Below are positions 47,722 through 57,037 of a stretch of DNA of 64,000 bases, in pieces. A program made the position numbers and the translations under genes. Under the pieces are notes generated by a model. It worked only from the letters and a program-made list of their open reading frames with translations, ran no database searches and was not told the DNA's origin. Every line of letters begins with the position of its first letter. Position 1 is the stretch's first letter. The stretch comes from Pseudolabrys sp. (GTDB lineage Bacteria; Pseudomonadota; Alphaproteobacteria; Rhizobiales; Xanthobacteraceae): assembly GCA_036264375.1 (NCBI GenBank), contig DATARB010000066.1, forward strand, positions 41,536-105,535, written 5' to 3'.

Positions 47722-48635
47722 TTGCCGCCTGCCGAGAACAGGCCCTCGGGCTTCACGACCAGCACGATCGCCATCAACAGATAGATCAGCATCGACGACA
47801 GCGCGGGCGCCAGGGTCGAGGCGGCTTCCCGGCTCAGCATCATGCGCAGCATGTCGGGGAAGAAGGCGCGGCCAAGCGTGTCGATGAAGCCGACGAACAG
47901 CGCCGCCACCAGCGCGCCGCGGATCGAGCCGATGCCGCCGATGACGGTGATGACGAAAGCGAGGATGAGGATGTTTTCGCCCATGCCGATCTGCACGGTG
48001 AGGATCGGCGCCTGCATCAGGCCGGCGAGGCCCGCGAGCGCCGCTCCGAGGCCGAATACGAGCGTATAGAGCAGCTTGATGTTGACGCCGAGCGCGCCGA
48101 CCATTTCGCGGTTCGAGGCGCCGGCGCGGATCAGCATGCCGATGCGCGTGCGCATCACAACGAAGTAAAGCCCACCAGCGACGGCGAGCGTAACGACGAT
48201 GATGGCGAGCCGGTAGGCCGAATAGGTGACGCCGGGCAGAATGTGAACCGGAGTGCTCAGCCACGGCGGAAGCGGGAGCGACAGGCCCTGCGGTCCCCAG
48301 ACCAGCCGCACCAACTCATTGAAGAACAAAATGAGCCCGAAGGTGCCGAGCACGTGGTCGAGATGGTCGCGGCCGTAGAGCCTGCGCATCGCGATGACCT
48401 CGACCGCCATACCGACCATCAGCGTGGCGGCGAGCGCGATCACCGCGCCGAGCACGAAGCTGCCGGTCCAGGCGGCGAAGGTGGCGGCGAAATAGGCGCC
48501 GAGCATGTAGAGCGAGCCATGCGCCAGGTTGACGAGGTCCATGATGCCGAAGACCAGCGTCAGCCCCGCCGCCAGCAGGAACAGCAGCAGCCCGAACTGC
48601 AAGCCGTTGAGGCATTGCTCGATGAAGAGAGTCAT
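47718..48635 (-). CDS. livH: Branched-chain amino acid-type ABC permease
   Basis: GLTLVFG, NLAHG, IGGIGS. Confidence 0.88.
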   Translation of the reverse strand: MTLFIEQCLNGLQFGLLLFLLAAGLTLVFGIMDLVNLAHGSLYMLGAYFAATFAAWTGSFVLGAVIALAATLMVGMAVEVIAMRRLYGRDHLDHVLGTFGLILFFNELVRLVWGPQGLSLPLPPWLSTPVHILPGVTYSAYRLAIIVVTLAVAGGLYFVVMRTRIGMLIRAGASNREMVGALGVNIKLLYTLVFGLGAALAGLAGLMQAPILTVQIGMGENILILAFVITVIGGIGSIRGALVAALFVGFIDTLGRAFFPDMLRMMLSREAASTLAPALSSMLIYLLMAIVLVVKPEGLFSAGGK

Positions 48636-48710
48636 GGCCGGTTACAAGCGATGCAAATAATGCGCCGAGGGTAGCTGCTCGCTGGCAAGCGTGCCGCGCA
48701 CTCTGCCGCA

Positions 48711-48885
48711 CCTCTCCCATAGGGAGAGGTCGACGCGCATCCGAACTCGGATTTACCCGAGTTCGGCACTGTTAAGTGGCCGAAGTCGGATACATCCGAC
48801 TTCGGCTGCGCGTCGGGTGAGGGGTTATAGCGCATCGAGAGTCCGAGATCCCCTCACCCCAACCCTCTCCCCAACGGGGAGAGGG
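48711..48885. repeat. CCTCTCCC-family REP with nested double-hairpin element (48741-48806)
   Basis: CCTCTCCCATAGGGAGAGG GACGCGCA[CCGAACTCGGATTTACCCGAGTTCGG...GCCGAAGTCGGATACATCCGACTTCGGC]TGCGCGTC GGGTGAGGGG...CCCCTCACCC. Confidence 0.87.
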
Positions 48886-48939
48886 AGCCCGCCTGCGTTC
48901 GCGGCACTGCTTCCATTAAACACAAACGACTGAGCACCC

Positions 48940-50112
48940 TCACTTCATCGGGCACTTGTCGTGGAAGCGATCCTGGTCGTTCTCGACGATGGTCGCGACG
49001 GTCTTGAGCGAGAGCTGGCCGTCGGCGTCCTTGACCACGTCCTGCAGATAGAAGTTCTGGATCGGCATGTGGTTGTTGCCGAACTTGAAGCCGCCGCGCA
49101 GCGACTTGAAGTCGGCTTTCTCCATGGCCTTCTGCACCGCCGCCTTGTCGGAGAGGTCGCCTTTGGTCGCGACCACCGCGGAGTTGATCAACTGCGCGGC
49201 GTCGTAAGCCTGGGCGCCGTAATAGGTCGGACGCAGGCCTGTATACTTCTTGCGATAGTCGGCGACGAACTTCTTGTTCAGCTCGTTGGGCAGGTCGTTG
49301 ACCCACTCCTGCGCGCCCGGCACGCCGATCGCGTTTTCCTTTTGCAAGGGCAGCGACAGCTCGTCGACGGTGAAGGCTGTGTAGAGCGGAACCGTTCCCT
49401 TGAGGCCGGCGGCCGCGTATTGGTTCAGGAACTGCACGCCGGCCGCGCCCGGATAGAACACGAACACCGCGTCCGCGCCGGAGGCCTTGGCTTTGGACAG
49501 CTCGGCGGAGAAGTCGAGCTGCGACGGCCACGTGGTCAGCTCCTGGCCGACGACCTTGCCCTTGAAGGTCGAGGCGACACCCGCCAGCATGTCCTTGCCG
49601 GCCGCGTAGTTCGGGCCGATCAGGAACACGCTCTTCACGCCCTTCTGGTTCATGTACTGGCCCATCGCCTGCGGCGTCTGGTCGTTCTGCCACGAGGTCG
49701 AGAACACGGTCGGCGAGCACAGCTCACCGGCGACCTGCGAGGGCCCGGCATTGGCGATGACCAGGAACGTCTTGGAATCGACCACCGGCTTGAGCGAGGC
49801 CAGCAGCACATTCGACCAGATGTAACCGGAGATGAAATCGACCTTGTCGGCTTCGATCAGCTTCTCGGTCTTCTGCTTGCCGACGTCCGGCTTCTGCTGA
49901 TCGTCCTCGTAGATCACCTCGACCGGGATGCCGCCCATCTTGCGGCCCATGTGATCGAGCGCGAGCTCGAACGAGTTGCGCATGTCGTTGCCGATGACGG
50001 CGGTCGGGCCGCTGAACGTCGAGACAAAGCCGATCTTGATCGATTTTTGCTGGGCCGACACCGGACCCGCTGCGAGCAGCAAAGCGCCCGCGACCACCAA
50101 AGCCTTGCGCAT
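48940..50112 (-). CDS. HAAT-family ABC substrate-binding protein (possibly aromatic-acid binding)
   Basis: Signal peptide, IKIG...SGP, EDDQ.KP, NY.AG, YDAA. Confidence 0.88.
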   Translation of the reverse strand: MRKALVVAGALLLAAGPVSAQQKSIKIGFVSTFSGPTAVIGNDMRNSFELALDHMGRKMGGIPVEVIYEDDQQKPDVGKQKTEKLIEADKVDFISGYIWSNVLLASLKPVVDSKTFLVIANAGPSQVAGELCSPTVFSTSWQNDQTPQAMGQYMNQKGVKSVFLIGPNYAAGKDMLAGVASTFKGKVVGQELTTWPSQLDFSAELSKAKASGADAVFVFYPGAAGVQFLNQYAAAGLKGTVPLYTAFTVDELSLPLQKENAIGVPGAQEWVNDLPNELNKKFVADYRKKYTGLRPTYYGAQAYDAAQLINSAVVATKGDLSDKAAVQKAMEKADFKSLRGGFKFGNNHMPIQNFYLQDVVKDADGQLSLKTVATIVENDQDRFHDKCPMK

Positions 50113-50202
50113 GTTTCACCCTCCCCGGGGGCCGTTTCGGCCCGCTTCCTTATGAGACTAATGTAGCGGCATGACGGGCTAAAGGTCCACATGCACTGTT
50201 CT

Positions 50203-50307
50203 GTCATTACGGGGCGCGGCCGAAGGCCGCGATCCCGGAATCCAAATGCGCGCTCAGACATTGTTGCTGGCTTCCGGGTTCGGCCCTTCGGGCCGCCCCG
50301 GCATGAC
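50203..50307. repeat. REP-like element (GTCATTCCGGG family)
   Basis: GTCATTACGGGGCG...CCCGGAATCCA / TGGCTTCCGGG...CGCCCCGGCATGAC. Confidence 0.83.
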
Positions 50308-50399
50308 GAGAAGATATTGACCGCCTCCCCACAGCCCCGGCACTGTGCGCCGAAGCACACCAAGCGCTTGTCCGATAAAACGTCAGGGAAGCAACGCCT

Positions 50400-52019
50400 T
50401 TGTCCAAAGCACTCGAACGGACCTATGACGGCATCGTCATCGGCGCCGGCCATCACGGCCTCATTCTCGGAACCTATCTCGCCAGCGCGGGCCTCAAGAT
50501 CCTGCTGGCGGAGCGGCGGCTCACGTACGGCGGCGGGCTTTGCACGCGCGAGGTGACGCTGCCGGGTTTCTACCATAACTTGCACTCGATCAACCATTTC
50601 CACGTCAGCGAAACGCCCTGGTTCAAGGATCTGGGGCTCGACGAGCGCGTGACCTACATCACGCCGCGCTACGAATTCGGCCAGGCGCACAACGACGGCA
50701 CCGCGCTGGTGCTCGGGCGAGATCTCGAGGAGTCGATCGCCAATATCGCGCGCTTCTCCAAGAAAGACGCCGATACCTTCCGCGCCTGGAATCGCAAGGC
50801 CGAGACGATCACGCGTGAGATCTTCCTGCCCGAGCGCTACGCGGAGCCTTTGCCGCAGGCGGAGCGCGACGCGCTGCTGTCTCGCACAGAATTAGGCCGT
50901 GAATTCCTCGCGGTGGCGAATCGGCAGCCGCTCGAAGTCGTGGGCGACCTGTTCGAGAACGAGCACGTGCGCCTACTCTTCCTGTTCAAGGTCTCGTTGT
51001 TCGGCACCTGGCTGACCGACACGCTATCGAAGACCTCGCCGATGGGCTCGGTGATCCGCGCCTTCGACCTGGAGAGCGGCTATCAGCTTTGCCAGGGCGG
51101 CTCGTTCAACCTCGCGCGCGGGCTGATGGAAGCCTTCATCGCCGCCGGCGGCACTTACGAGCCGCAGGTCAGCATCGACCACATCGTCATCGAGAACGGC
51201 AAGGCGACCGGCATCGAATTGGCCGACGGCCGCACCGTGCGGGCGAAGCAGTTCGTCGCCTCGACGCTCGACGTGCATCAGACTTTTGAAAATCTGGTCG
51301 GGCGCAAGCAACTCCCCGCCGCCTTCCTCAAGAAGCTCGACGGCTTCCAGTACACGGCCTGGAGCCTGTTCGGCCTGCATCTCGCGCTCAACGAAAGCCC
51401 GCGCTTCGCCGCGGAAAAATTCGATCCGAACATCAACCGCACGCTGAAATGGTCGATCGGCGCCGAGACGATGGAAGACCTCTACGCCGCGCATGCCGAC
51501 GTGCAGGCCGGCCGCGTGCCGAAGATCGTGCAGTTCGGCTCCGGGCCCTTGAGCCTGCTCGATCCGACGCAGGCGCCTCCCGGCAAGCACACGACCTATT
51601 GCTGGCACGTGATGCCGCTTGATCCCGACATTGGCGGGCAGAATTACGAGACCTTCAAGGAGGAGTTCTCCGACAAGATCGTCGAGGTGTTCGCGCGCTA
51701 TTGCCCGAACATGACGAGCAAAAATATTCTCGGCCGCTACGTCTACACGGGCCGCGAATACGTGCAGGAGATGGTCAACATGCGCGGCGGCGACATCTTC
51801 ATGGGCGCCTTCAATGCCGAGCAGGTGATGTACAACCACTTCGGTTACCGATCGCCGATCCCGAACCTGTACAGCGCCGGCTCCGCCGGACATCCCGGCG
51901 GCGCGATCTCGGGCGGCGCCGGCTACATCACCGCCGGCATCATCGCGCAGGAGCTCGGCATCAAGCCGTGGTGGACGCCGTGGGATGCGCGCACGGCACT
52001 GGAAGCGCATGCGAAGTAG
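50400..52019 (+). CDS. FAD-dependent oxidoreductase, phytoene desaturase-like (COG1233)
   Basis: IGAGHHGL, GGG..T.E, DPTQAPPGKH, YRSPIPNLY..G...HPGG.ISG; TTG start. Confidence 0.87.
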   Translation: MSKALERTYDGIVIGAGHHGLILGTYLASAGLKILLAERRLTYGGGLCTREVTLPGFYHNLHSINHFHVSETPWFKDLGLDERVTYITPRYEFGQAHNDGTALVLGRDLEESIANIARFSKKDADTFRAWNRKAETITREIFLPERYAEPLPQAERDALLSRTELGREFLAVANRQPLEVVGDLFENEHVRLLFLFKVSLFGTWLTDTLSKTSPMGSVIRAFDLESGYQLCQGGSFNLARGLMEAFIAAGGTYEPQVSIDHIVIENGKATGIELADGRTVRAKQFVASTLDVHQTFENLVGRKQLPAAFLKKLDGFQYTAWSLFGLHLALNESPRFAAEKFDPNINRTLKWSIGAETMEDLYAAHADVQAGRVPKIVQFGSGPLSLLDPTQAPPGKHTTYCWHVMPLDPDIGGQNYETFKEEFSDKIVEVFARYCPNMTSKNILGRYVYTGREYVQEMVNMRGGDIFMGAFNAEQVMYNHFGYRSPIPNLYSAGSAGHPGGAISGGAGYITAGIIAQELGIKPWWTPWDARTALEAHAK

Positions 52020-52063
52020 CGTGCTGCATTCACACGCTCGACAAGATAGACATGCAGCAAGAC

Positions 52064-52146
52064 CTGGATGCCCGCGTTCGCGGGCATGAGCGGAGAGGAG
52101 GCTCCGTCCTCACAAGCCGCTCGTCCCCGCGAAAGCGGGGACCCAG
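52064..52146. repeat. Two REP arms in reversed (tail-to-tail) order
   Basis: CTGGATGCCCGCGTTCGCGGGCATGAGCGG ... CCGCTCGTCCCCGCGAAAGCGGGGACCCAG. Confidence 0.82.
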
Positions 52147-52203
52147 GGCCAATAGGCGAGGCGCCGAGGCTTCCTCGCGAGCGATGAAAAAGAAGAGGCA
52201 CGT

Positions 52204-52986
52204 ATGACTGACCTGCAAAACATCGTTTTCCCCTCGCTCAAGGACCGCGTGGTGATCATCACCGGCGCGGGGCAAGGCATCGGCCGCACCTTCGCAAAGG
52301 CTTTCGCGGCAGCCGGCGCGCGCGCCGTGATCGCCGAGCGCAACGAGAAGAGCGCTGCGGCGGTCGCCGAGGAGATTCTCAAGGCCGACGGCCAGGTGCT
52401 CGCGGTGACGACCGACGTCGCCGATCCCGCCTCGATCGCCGAGATGATCGAAGTGGTGGAGGACGAATACGGCCGCATCGACGTGCTCATCAACAATGCG
52501 GGAATCTTCTCGACGCTGGAGATGCGGCCTTTCGACCAGATCCCGCTCGAGGAATGGGAGCAGGTGCTGCGCGTCAATCTCACCGGGCCGTTCCTCTGCG
52601 CCCGCGCCGTCCTGCCCGCGATGCGGCGCGCGAAATGGGGCCGCATCATCAATATCGCCTCCGGCGCGGTGCGCCTCGGGCGGCCGAACTACCTGCACTA
52701 CATCGCCACCAAGTCGGCGCTCGCCGGCATGAGCCTGTCGATGGCGCGCGAGCTCGGCCCCGACGGCATCACCGTCAACGCCATCCTACCCGGCGCGACC
52801 TTCACCGAGATCGAGCGCAAGACGGTGACGCCGCAGCAGAAGGAACGCATCGTGTCCATGCAATGCATCCCGCGACCCGAGACGCCGCAGGACTTGGTCG
52901 GCGCGGCTTTGTTCCTCGCCTCGGACGCCTCTGCGTTCGTGACGGGGCAGAGCCTCAATCTCGACGGTGGCGTGACGGGGTCGTAA
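52204..52986 (+). CDS. Short-chain dehydrogenase/reductase
   Basis: TGAGQGIG, NNAG, YIATK. Confidence 0.92.
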   Translation: MTDLQNIVFPSLKDRVVIITGAGQGIGRTFAKAFAAAGARAVIAERNEKSAAAVAEEILKADGQVLAVTTDVADPASIAEMIEVVEDEYGRIDVLINNAGIFSTLEMRPFDQIPLEEWEQVLRVNLTGPFLCARAVLPAMRRAKWGRIINIASGAVRLGRPNYLHYIATKSALAGMSLSMARELGPDGITVNAILPGATFTEIERKTVTPQQKERIVSMQCIPRPETPQDLVGAALFLASDASAFVTGQSLNLDGGVTGS

Positions 52987-52996
52987 GCGCGTTATT

Positions 52997-53102
52997 GTCA
53001 TTCCGGGGCACGCGCGTGAGCGCGTGAACCCGGAATCCAGCGACAAGTTCGGAAGATCATTCTGGATTCCGGGTTCGCCGCTGCGCGGCGCCCCGGAATG
53101 AC
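52997..53102. repeat. REP-like element (GTCATTCCGGG family)
   Basis: GTCATTCCGGGGC...CCCGGAATCCAG / CTGGATTCCGGG...GCCCCGGAATGAC. Confidence 0.88.
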
Positions 53103-53143
53103 CGCCAAGGGGCGGCGACACGTTCCAATTGGAGTTTGCATAC

Positions 53144-53983
53144 ATGTCCCCCACCGTCGCCATCATCGCACCGGGCGCCATGGGCAGCGGCGTCGGCCGC
53201 CGCCTCGCCGAGAACAAGGTGACGGTGCTGACCTCGCTCGCCGGCCGCAGCGAGGCGAGCGCCAAGCGCGCGCAGGACGCCGGCATGGTGGCGGTGGGCG
53301 ATGCGCAGCTCAGCGAAGCCGACTTTGTGCTGTCGATCGTGCCGCCGGGCGATGCGCTGGCGCTGGCGCGGCGGCTGGCGCCGACGCTGCGCGCGTCGAA
53401 CAAGAAGACGGTGTACGTGGATTGCAACGCGGTCAGCCCGCCGACCGCGCAGGAGATCGCCGCGGTGATCGCCACCACCGGCTGCCTCTTCGCCGACGCC
53501 GGCATCATCGGGCCGCCGCCGAAGCCCGGCTCGAACAACACCAAAATTTATGTCTCCGGCCCAGCCGCGGCCGATCTGGCGCGGCTTAACGATTACGGGC
53601 TGATCGTGCGCGTGCTGGAAGGGCCGCTCACCGCCGCTTCGGCGCTGAAGATGTCCTACGCCGGCATCACCAAGGGTTTCACCGCGCTGGGCGCGGCCAT
53701 GATGCTGGCGGCGGAGCGCGGCGGCTCGGCCGAGGCGCTGAAGGCTGAGCTGGAGGAGAGCCAAGGGCCCCTGCTCGGCTGGCTCACGCGGCAGGTGCCG
53801 AGCATGTATTCGAAGGCCTACCGCTGGGTGGCCGAGCTGGACGAGATCGGCGCCTTCGTGGGCGACGACCACGCCGAGCACGCGATGTTCGACGCCGCCG
53901 CGCGCTTCTACGAGCGCATCGCGGATGATTTTGACGGGGAGAAAGAAGAGACGGGGACGCTGGATAGGTTTATTCAGAAATAA
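53144..53983 (+). CDS. NAD(P)-dependent oxidoreductase with DUF1932-like C-domain
   Basis: PGAMG, DCNAVSP, IIG.PP, ALKMSYAGITKG, KAYRWV.E. Confidence 0.83.
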   Translation: MSPTVAIIAPGAMGSGVGRRLAENKVTVLTSLAGRSEASAKRAQDAGMVAVGDAQLSEADFVLSIVPPGDALALARRLAPTLRASNKKTVYVDCNAVSPPTAQEIAAVIATTGCLFADAGIIGPPPKPGSNNTKIYVSGPAAADLARLNDYGLIVRVLEGPLTAASALKMSYAGITKGFTALGAAMMLAAERGGSAEALKAELEESQGPLLGWLTRQVPSMYSKAYRWVAELDEIGAFVGDDHAEHAMFDAAARFYERIADDFDGEKEETGTLDRFIQK

Positions 53984-54058
53984 TTGCGGTCCGCTGCACT
54001 CACCTCACTGTCGTGGCGATGACAAACTGAGAGTCCGTGACTCTCGATAGATTCGTGT

Positions 54059-54090
54059 TTACTGGATCATCCGCTTTCGCGGATGATGAC
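54059..54090. repeat. Single REP arm
   Basis: TTACTGGATCATCCGCTTTCGCGGATGATGAC, matching the arm at about 44206-44237. Confidence 0.75.
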
Positions 54091-54124
54091 TGTCGAGTTT
54101 GGGTAGCGCCGGGGCCACCAGCAC

Positions 54125-55144
54125 ATGCCGACAACTGCCATCGACATCCACACGCACATCGTGCCGGCGGAATTTCCCGCTTATGCCGGCAAGCATGTCA
54201 CACAATTTGGCGGCGCGCAGTGGCCGCAGATGGCGGCGGCGCACGACTGCCACCACAAGCACGTGATGATCGACGGCAAGACCTTCCGCACCGTCAACGA
54301 CGCGTGCTGGGACATCGGCCGCCGTATCGAAGCAATGTCCGACATGGGGATCGCGCGGCAGGTGCTCTCGCCGATGCCGGAGCTGTTGTCCTACTGGCTG
54401 CCGCTCGAGGATGCGCTGCCGCTCACGCGGCACGTCAACGACACCATCGCCGGAATGGTCGCGCGTGCGCCGGATCGCTTCGTCGGCCTCGGCGGCGTGC
54501 CGATGCAGGACCCGGACGTCGCGGCGCGCGAATTAGAGAGATTGATGCGCGACGGCTTCCGCGGCGTCGAGCTCGGCAGCAACATCAACGGCGCGCCGCT
54601 CGGCGATCCGCGCTTCGAGACATTCTTCGCCGCGGCGGAAGAACTCGGCGCCGCGATCTTCGTGCATGCGCTGCATCCGAGCGGCAAGGAGCGCATTGTC
54701 GGCCCGCCGGGACTGATGGCCTATGTCGGCTTCCCGCTGGAGACGGCCTACACGATCGCCTCGCTGATCACCGGCGGCACGCTGACACGGCATCCTCGGC
54801 TACGTCTCGCCTTCAGCCATGGCGGCGGCGCTTTCGCCTCGATCCTGCCGCGGCTGGCGCACGGCTGGGCGATCAAGCCGGACTTCGCGGCGCGCATGGG
54901 CGCCTCGCCGCACGAGCACGCGCGCAGGCTTTATTACGATACGCTGGTCTACGACGCGCACACGCTGCGCCACCTGATCGACACGTTCGGCGTACGCCAG
55001 CTCTGCCTCGGTACGGATTTCCCGTTCGACATCCACGAGCGTCATCCGGTTGAAGCCGTCGCGGCGCTTAAGCTTTCCGACGGCGATGTGAAGCTCCTGC
55101 ATCACGACAACGCCGCGCGCTTCCTGGGGGATACGACCGTATGA
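54125..55144 (+). CDS. Amidohydrolase-2 family, ACMSD-like decarboxylase
   Basis: IDIHTH, QVLSPMP, VPMQD, FVH, HGGG, GTDFPF. Confidence 0.85.
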   Translation: MPTTAIDIHTHIVPAEFPAYAGKHVTQFGGAQWPQMAAAHDCHHKHVMIDGKTFRTVNDACWDIGRRIEAMSDMGIARQVLSPMPELLSYWLPLEDALPLTRHVNDTIAGMVARAPDRFVGLGGVPMQDPDVAARELERLMRDGFRGVELGSNINGAPLGDPRFETFFAAAEELGAAIFVHALHPSGKERIVGPPGLMAYVGFPLETAYTIASLITGGTLTRHPRLRLAFSHGGGAFASILPRLAHGWAIKPDFAARMGASPHEHARRLYYDTLVYDAHTLRHLIDTFGVRQLCLGTDFPFDIHERHPVEAVAALKLSDGDVKLLHHDNAARFLGDTTV

Positions 55145-56061
55145 GCAAGGCCAAAGTACGCGCATTGCGCAGCATCGATCTCGGCTTTCCCGATGTGCCG
55201 CCGATGTTGCGCTTCTTCACCGAGGTGTGGAATCTCGCGCCCGTGGGCGAACACAACGGCGAGTATCACCTGCGCGCGACCGGCGGCTTTCACCATATCC
55301 TCGGCATTCGCCAGACGCAGAAAACGGCCTTGATCCGCGTGACCTTCGACGCCGCCGACCGCGCCACGGTAGACGCGTTGCACGGCCAGGTGATTGCGTT
55401 TGGGCTGACGACCATCGATAAGCCCGCGCCGTTGCGCCAGCCCTTCGGCGACTACGGCTTCGGCTTCAAGGATCCGGAAGGACGCAACATCGCGGTCGTG
55501 TGCGGCGTCAATGATCACGCCGATACGGCGGACACGAAAGACCGCCCGCGCAAGCTCAGCCACGTCAACCTCAACACTGGCGATCACGAAGCGACGCTCG
55601 CCTGCTTCCGCGATGCGCTCGGCTTCACGCTCAGCGACACCACCCGCAAGCTGCGCTTCCTCTCCTGCGGCAGCGATCACCACAGTTTGGTCCTCGGCTT
55701 CTCCGGCGGCCCGACGCTGAACCACATTGCCTTCGAGATGCCGGACCTCGACTCGATCATGCGCGGCGCCGGGCGCATGCGCGACGCCGGTCACGGCCTC
55801 GAATGGGGCCCGGGCCGGCATGGGCCGGGCAACAACGTGTTCTGCTATTTCCTCGGGCCGCAGGACGTGCCGGTGGAATACACCGGCGAGATGATGCAGA
55901 TCGACGACAGCTATCGCGCCGGCACGCCGGAAAATTGGAAATGGCCGCCCGGCCGTCTCGACCACTGGGGCATCAATGCGGGCCCGAGCGCGCGCATGGA
56001 GGCGGCGGGGTTGAACTTCGGATTCACCGACGATGGCTGGCGCCTGGACGCGTGGCGGTAG
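55141..56061 (+). CDS. VOC-family protein, extradiol dioxygenase-like
   Basis: Two-domain VOC: DPEGR, LSHVNL, DHH, HIAF, GPGRHGPGNN.F.YF, VEY. Confidence 0.8.
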   Translation: MSKAKVRALRSIDLGFPDVPPMLRFFTEVWNLAPVGEHNGEYHLRATGGFHHILGIRQTQKTALIRVTFDAADRATVDALHGQVIAFGLTTIDKPAPLRQPFGDYGFGFKDPEGRNIAVVCGVNDHADTADTKDRPRKLSHVNLNTGDHEATLACFRDALGFTLSDTTRKLRFLSCGSDHHSLVLGFSGGPTLNHIAFEMPDLDSIMRGAGRMRDAGHGLEWGPGRHGPGNNVFCYFLGPQDVPVEYTGEMMQIDDSYRAGTPENWKWPPGRLDHWGINAGPSARMEAAGLNFGFTDDGWRLDAWR

Positions 56062-56106
56062 CGTCGCCCCTGTTGCGAATGACGCCAGCTATGCTATTGG
56101 CGCGTC

Positions 56107-56931
56107 ATGAACACGACACACAAACAACCCTTGCGCGTCGGATTGGCCGGCCTCGGCGCCGTCGGGCTTGAAGTCGCCCGCCGGCTGATAGACGGCGCCG
56201 TGCCGGGTCTCGTCCTCGCCGCCGTGGCAGTGCGTGACGCCGACAAGGCGCGGCGCGCGCTCCCGCAACTCGGCGACCTGATTGCGCTGCGCACGCCCGC
56301 CGCGCTCGCCGAGGACTGCGACATCGTGGTGGAATGCCTCCCGCCGGCGCTGTTCCGCGAGATCGCCGAGGATGCGATCGACAAAGGCCGCATCTTCGTG
56401 CCGCTCTCGGTCGCGCAGCTTCTGGAGAACCCCGACCTCGTCGAACGCGCCAAGCAGACCGGCGCCCGCATCGTGGTGCCGACCGGCGCCCTGCTCGGCC
56501 TCGATGCCGTGCGCGCCGCCGCCGAGGGCACGATCCATTCGGTCACCATGGTGACGCGCAAGCCTCCGGCGGGCCTCGAGGGCGCGCTCTATCTGCGCGA
56601 GCGCAACATCTCCGTGGCCGGGCTGAAAGAACCGCTGAAGGTGTTCGACGGCACGGCGCGCGAGGGTGCGCGCGGCTTCCCCACCAACGTGAACGTCGCC
56701 GCGGCTTTGAGCCTCGCCGGCATCGGACCCGATAAGACCAAGCTTCAGATCTGGGCCGACCCGACGGTGACGCGCAACACGCACACCATCACGGTGGACG
56801 CCGACGCGATGCGCTTCACCATGACGATCGAGAACGTGCCGTCGGAGAACCCGCGCACGGGCAAGAGCGTCGCCCCCTCCACCATCGCCGCGCTGCGCGG
56901 GCTGGTGTCGGAATTGAAGGTGGGAAGCTAG
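56107..56931 (+). CDS. nadX: L-aspartate dehydrogenase (NadX) family protein
   Basis: GLGAVG, VVEC, GA..GLD, RKPP, FP.NVNVAA, N.H, ENPRT. Confidence 0.82.
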   Translation: MNTTHKQPLRVGLAGLGAVGLEVARRLIDGAVPGLVLAAVAVRDADKARRALPQLGDLIALRTPAALAEDCDIVVECLPPALFREIAEDAIDKGRIFVPLSVAQLLENPDLVERAKQTGARIVVPTGALLGLDAVRAAAEGTIHSVTMVTRKPPAGLEGALYLRERNISVAGLKEPLKVFDGTAREGARGFPTNVNVAAALSLAGIGPDKTKLQIWADPTVTRNTHTITVDADAMRFTMTIENVPSENPRTGKSVAPSTIAALRGLVSELKVGS

Positions 56932-56945
56932 ACCCGCCGCTTGCT

Positions 56946-57032
56946 CCGCTCATTCCCGCGCACGCGGGAATCCAGATAATACAGGAAGACTAAGGCTTAA
57001 GTGCTCATCCCCGCTTTCGCGGGGATGAGCGG
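56946..57032. repeat. REP-like element (CCGCTCA family) between convergent genes
   Basis: CCGCTCATTCCCGCGCACGCGGGAATCCAG ... CTCATCCCCGCTTTCGCGGGGATGAGCGG. Confidence 0.83.
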
Positions 57033-57037
57033 GTGCG

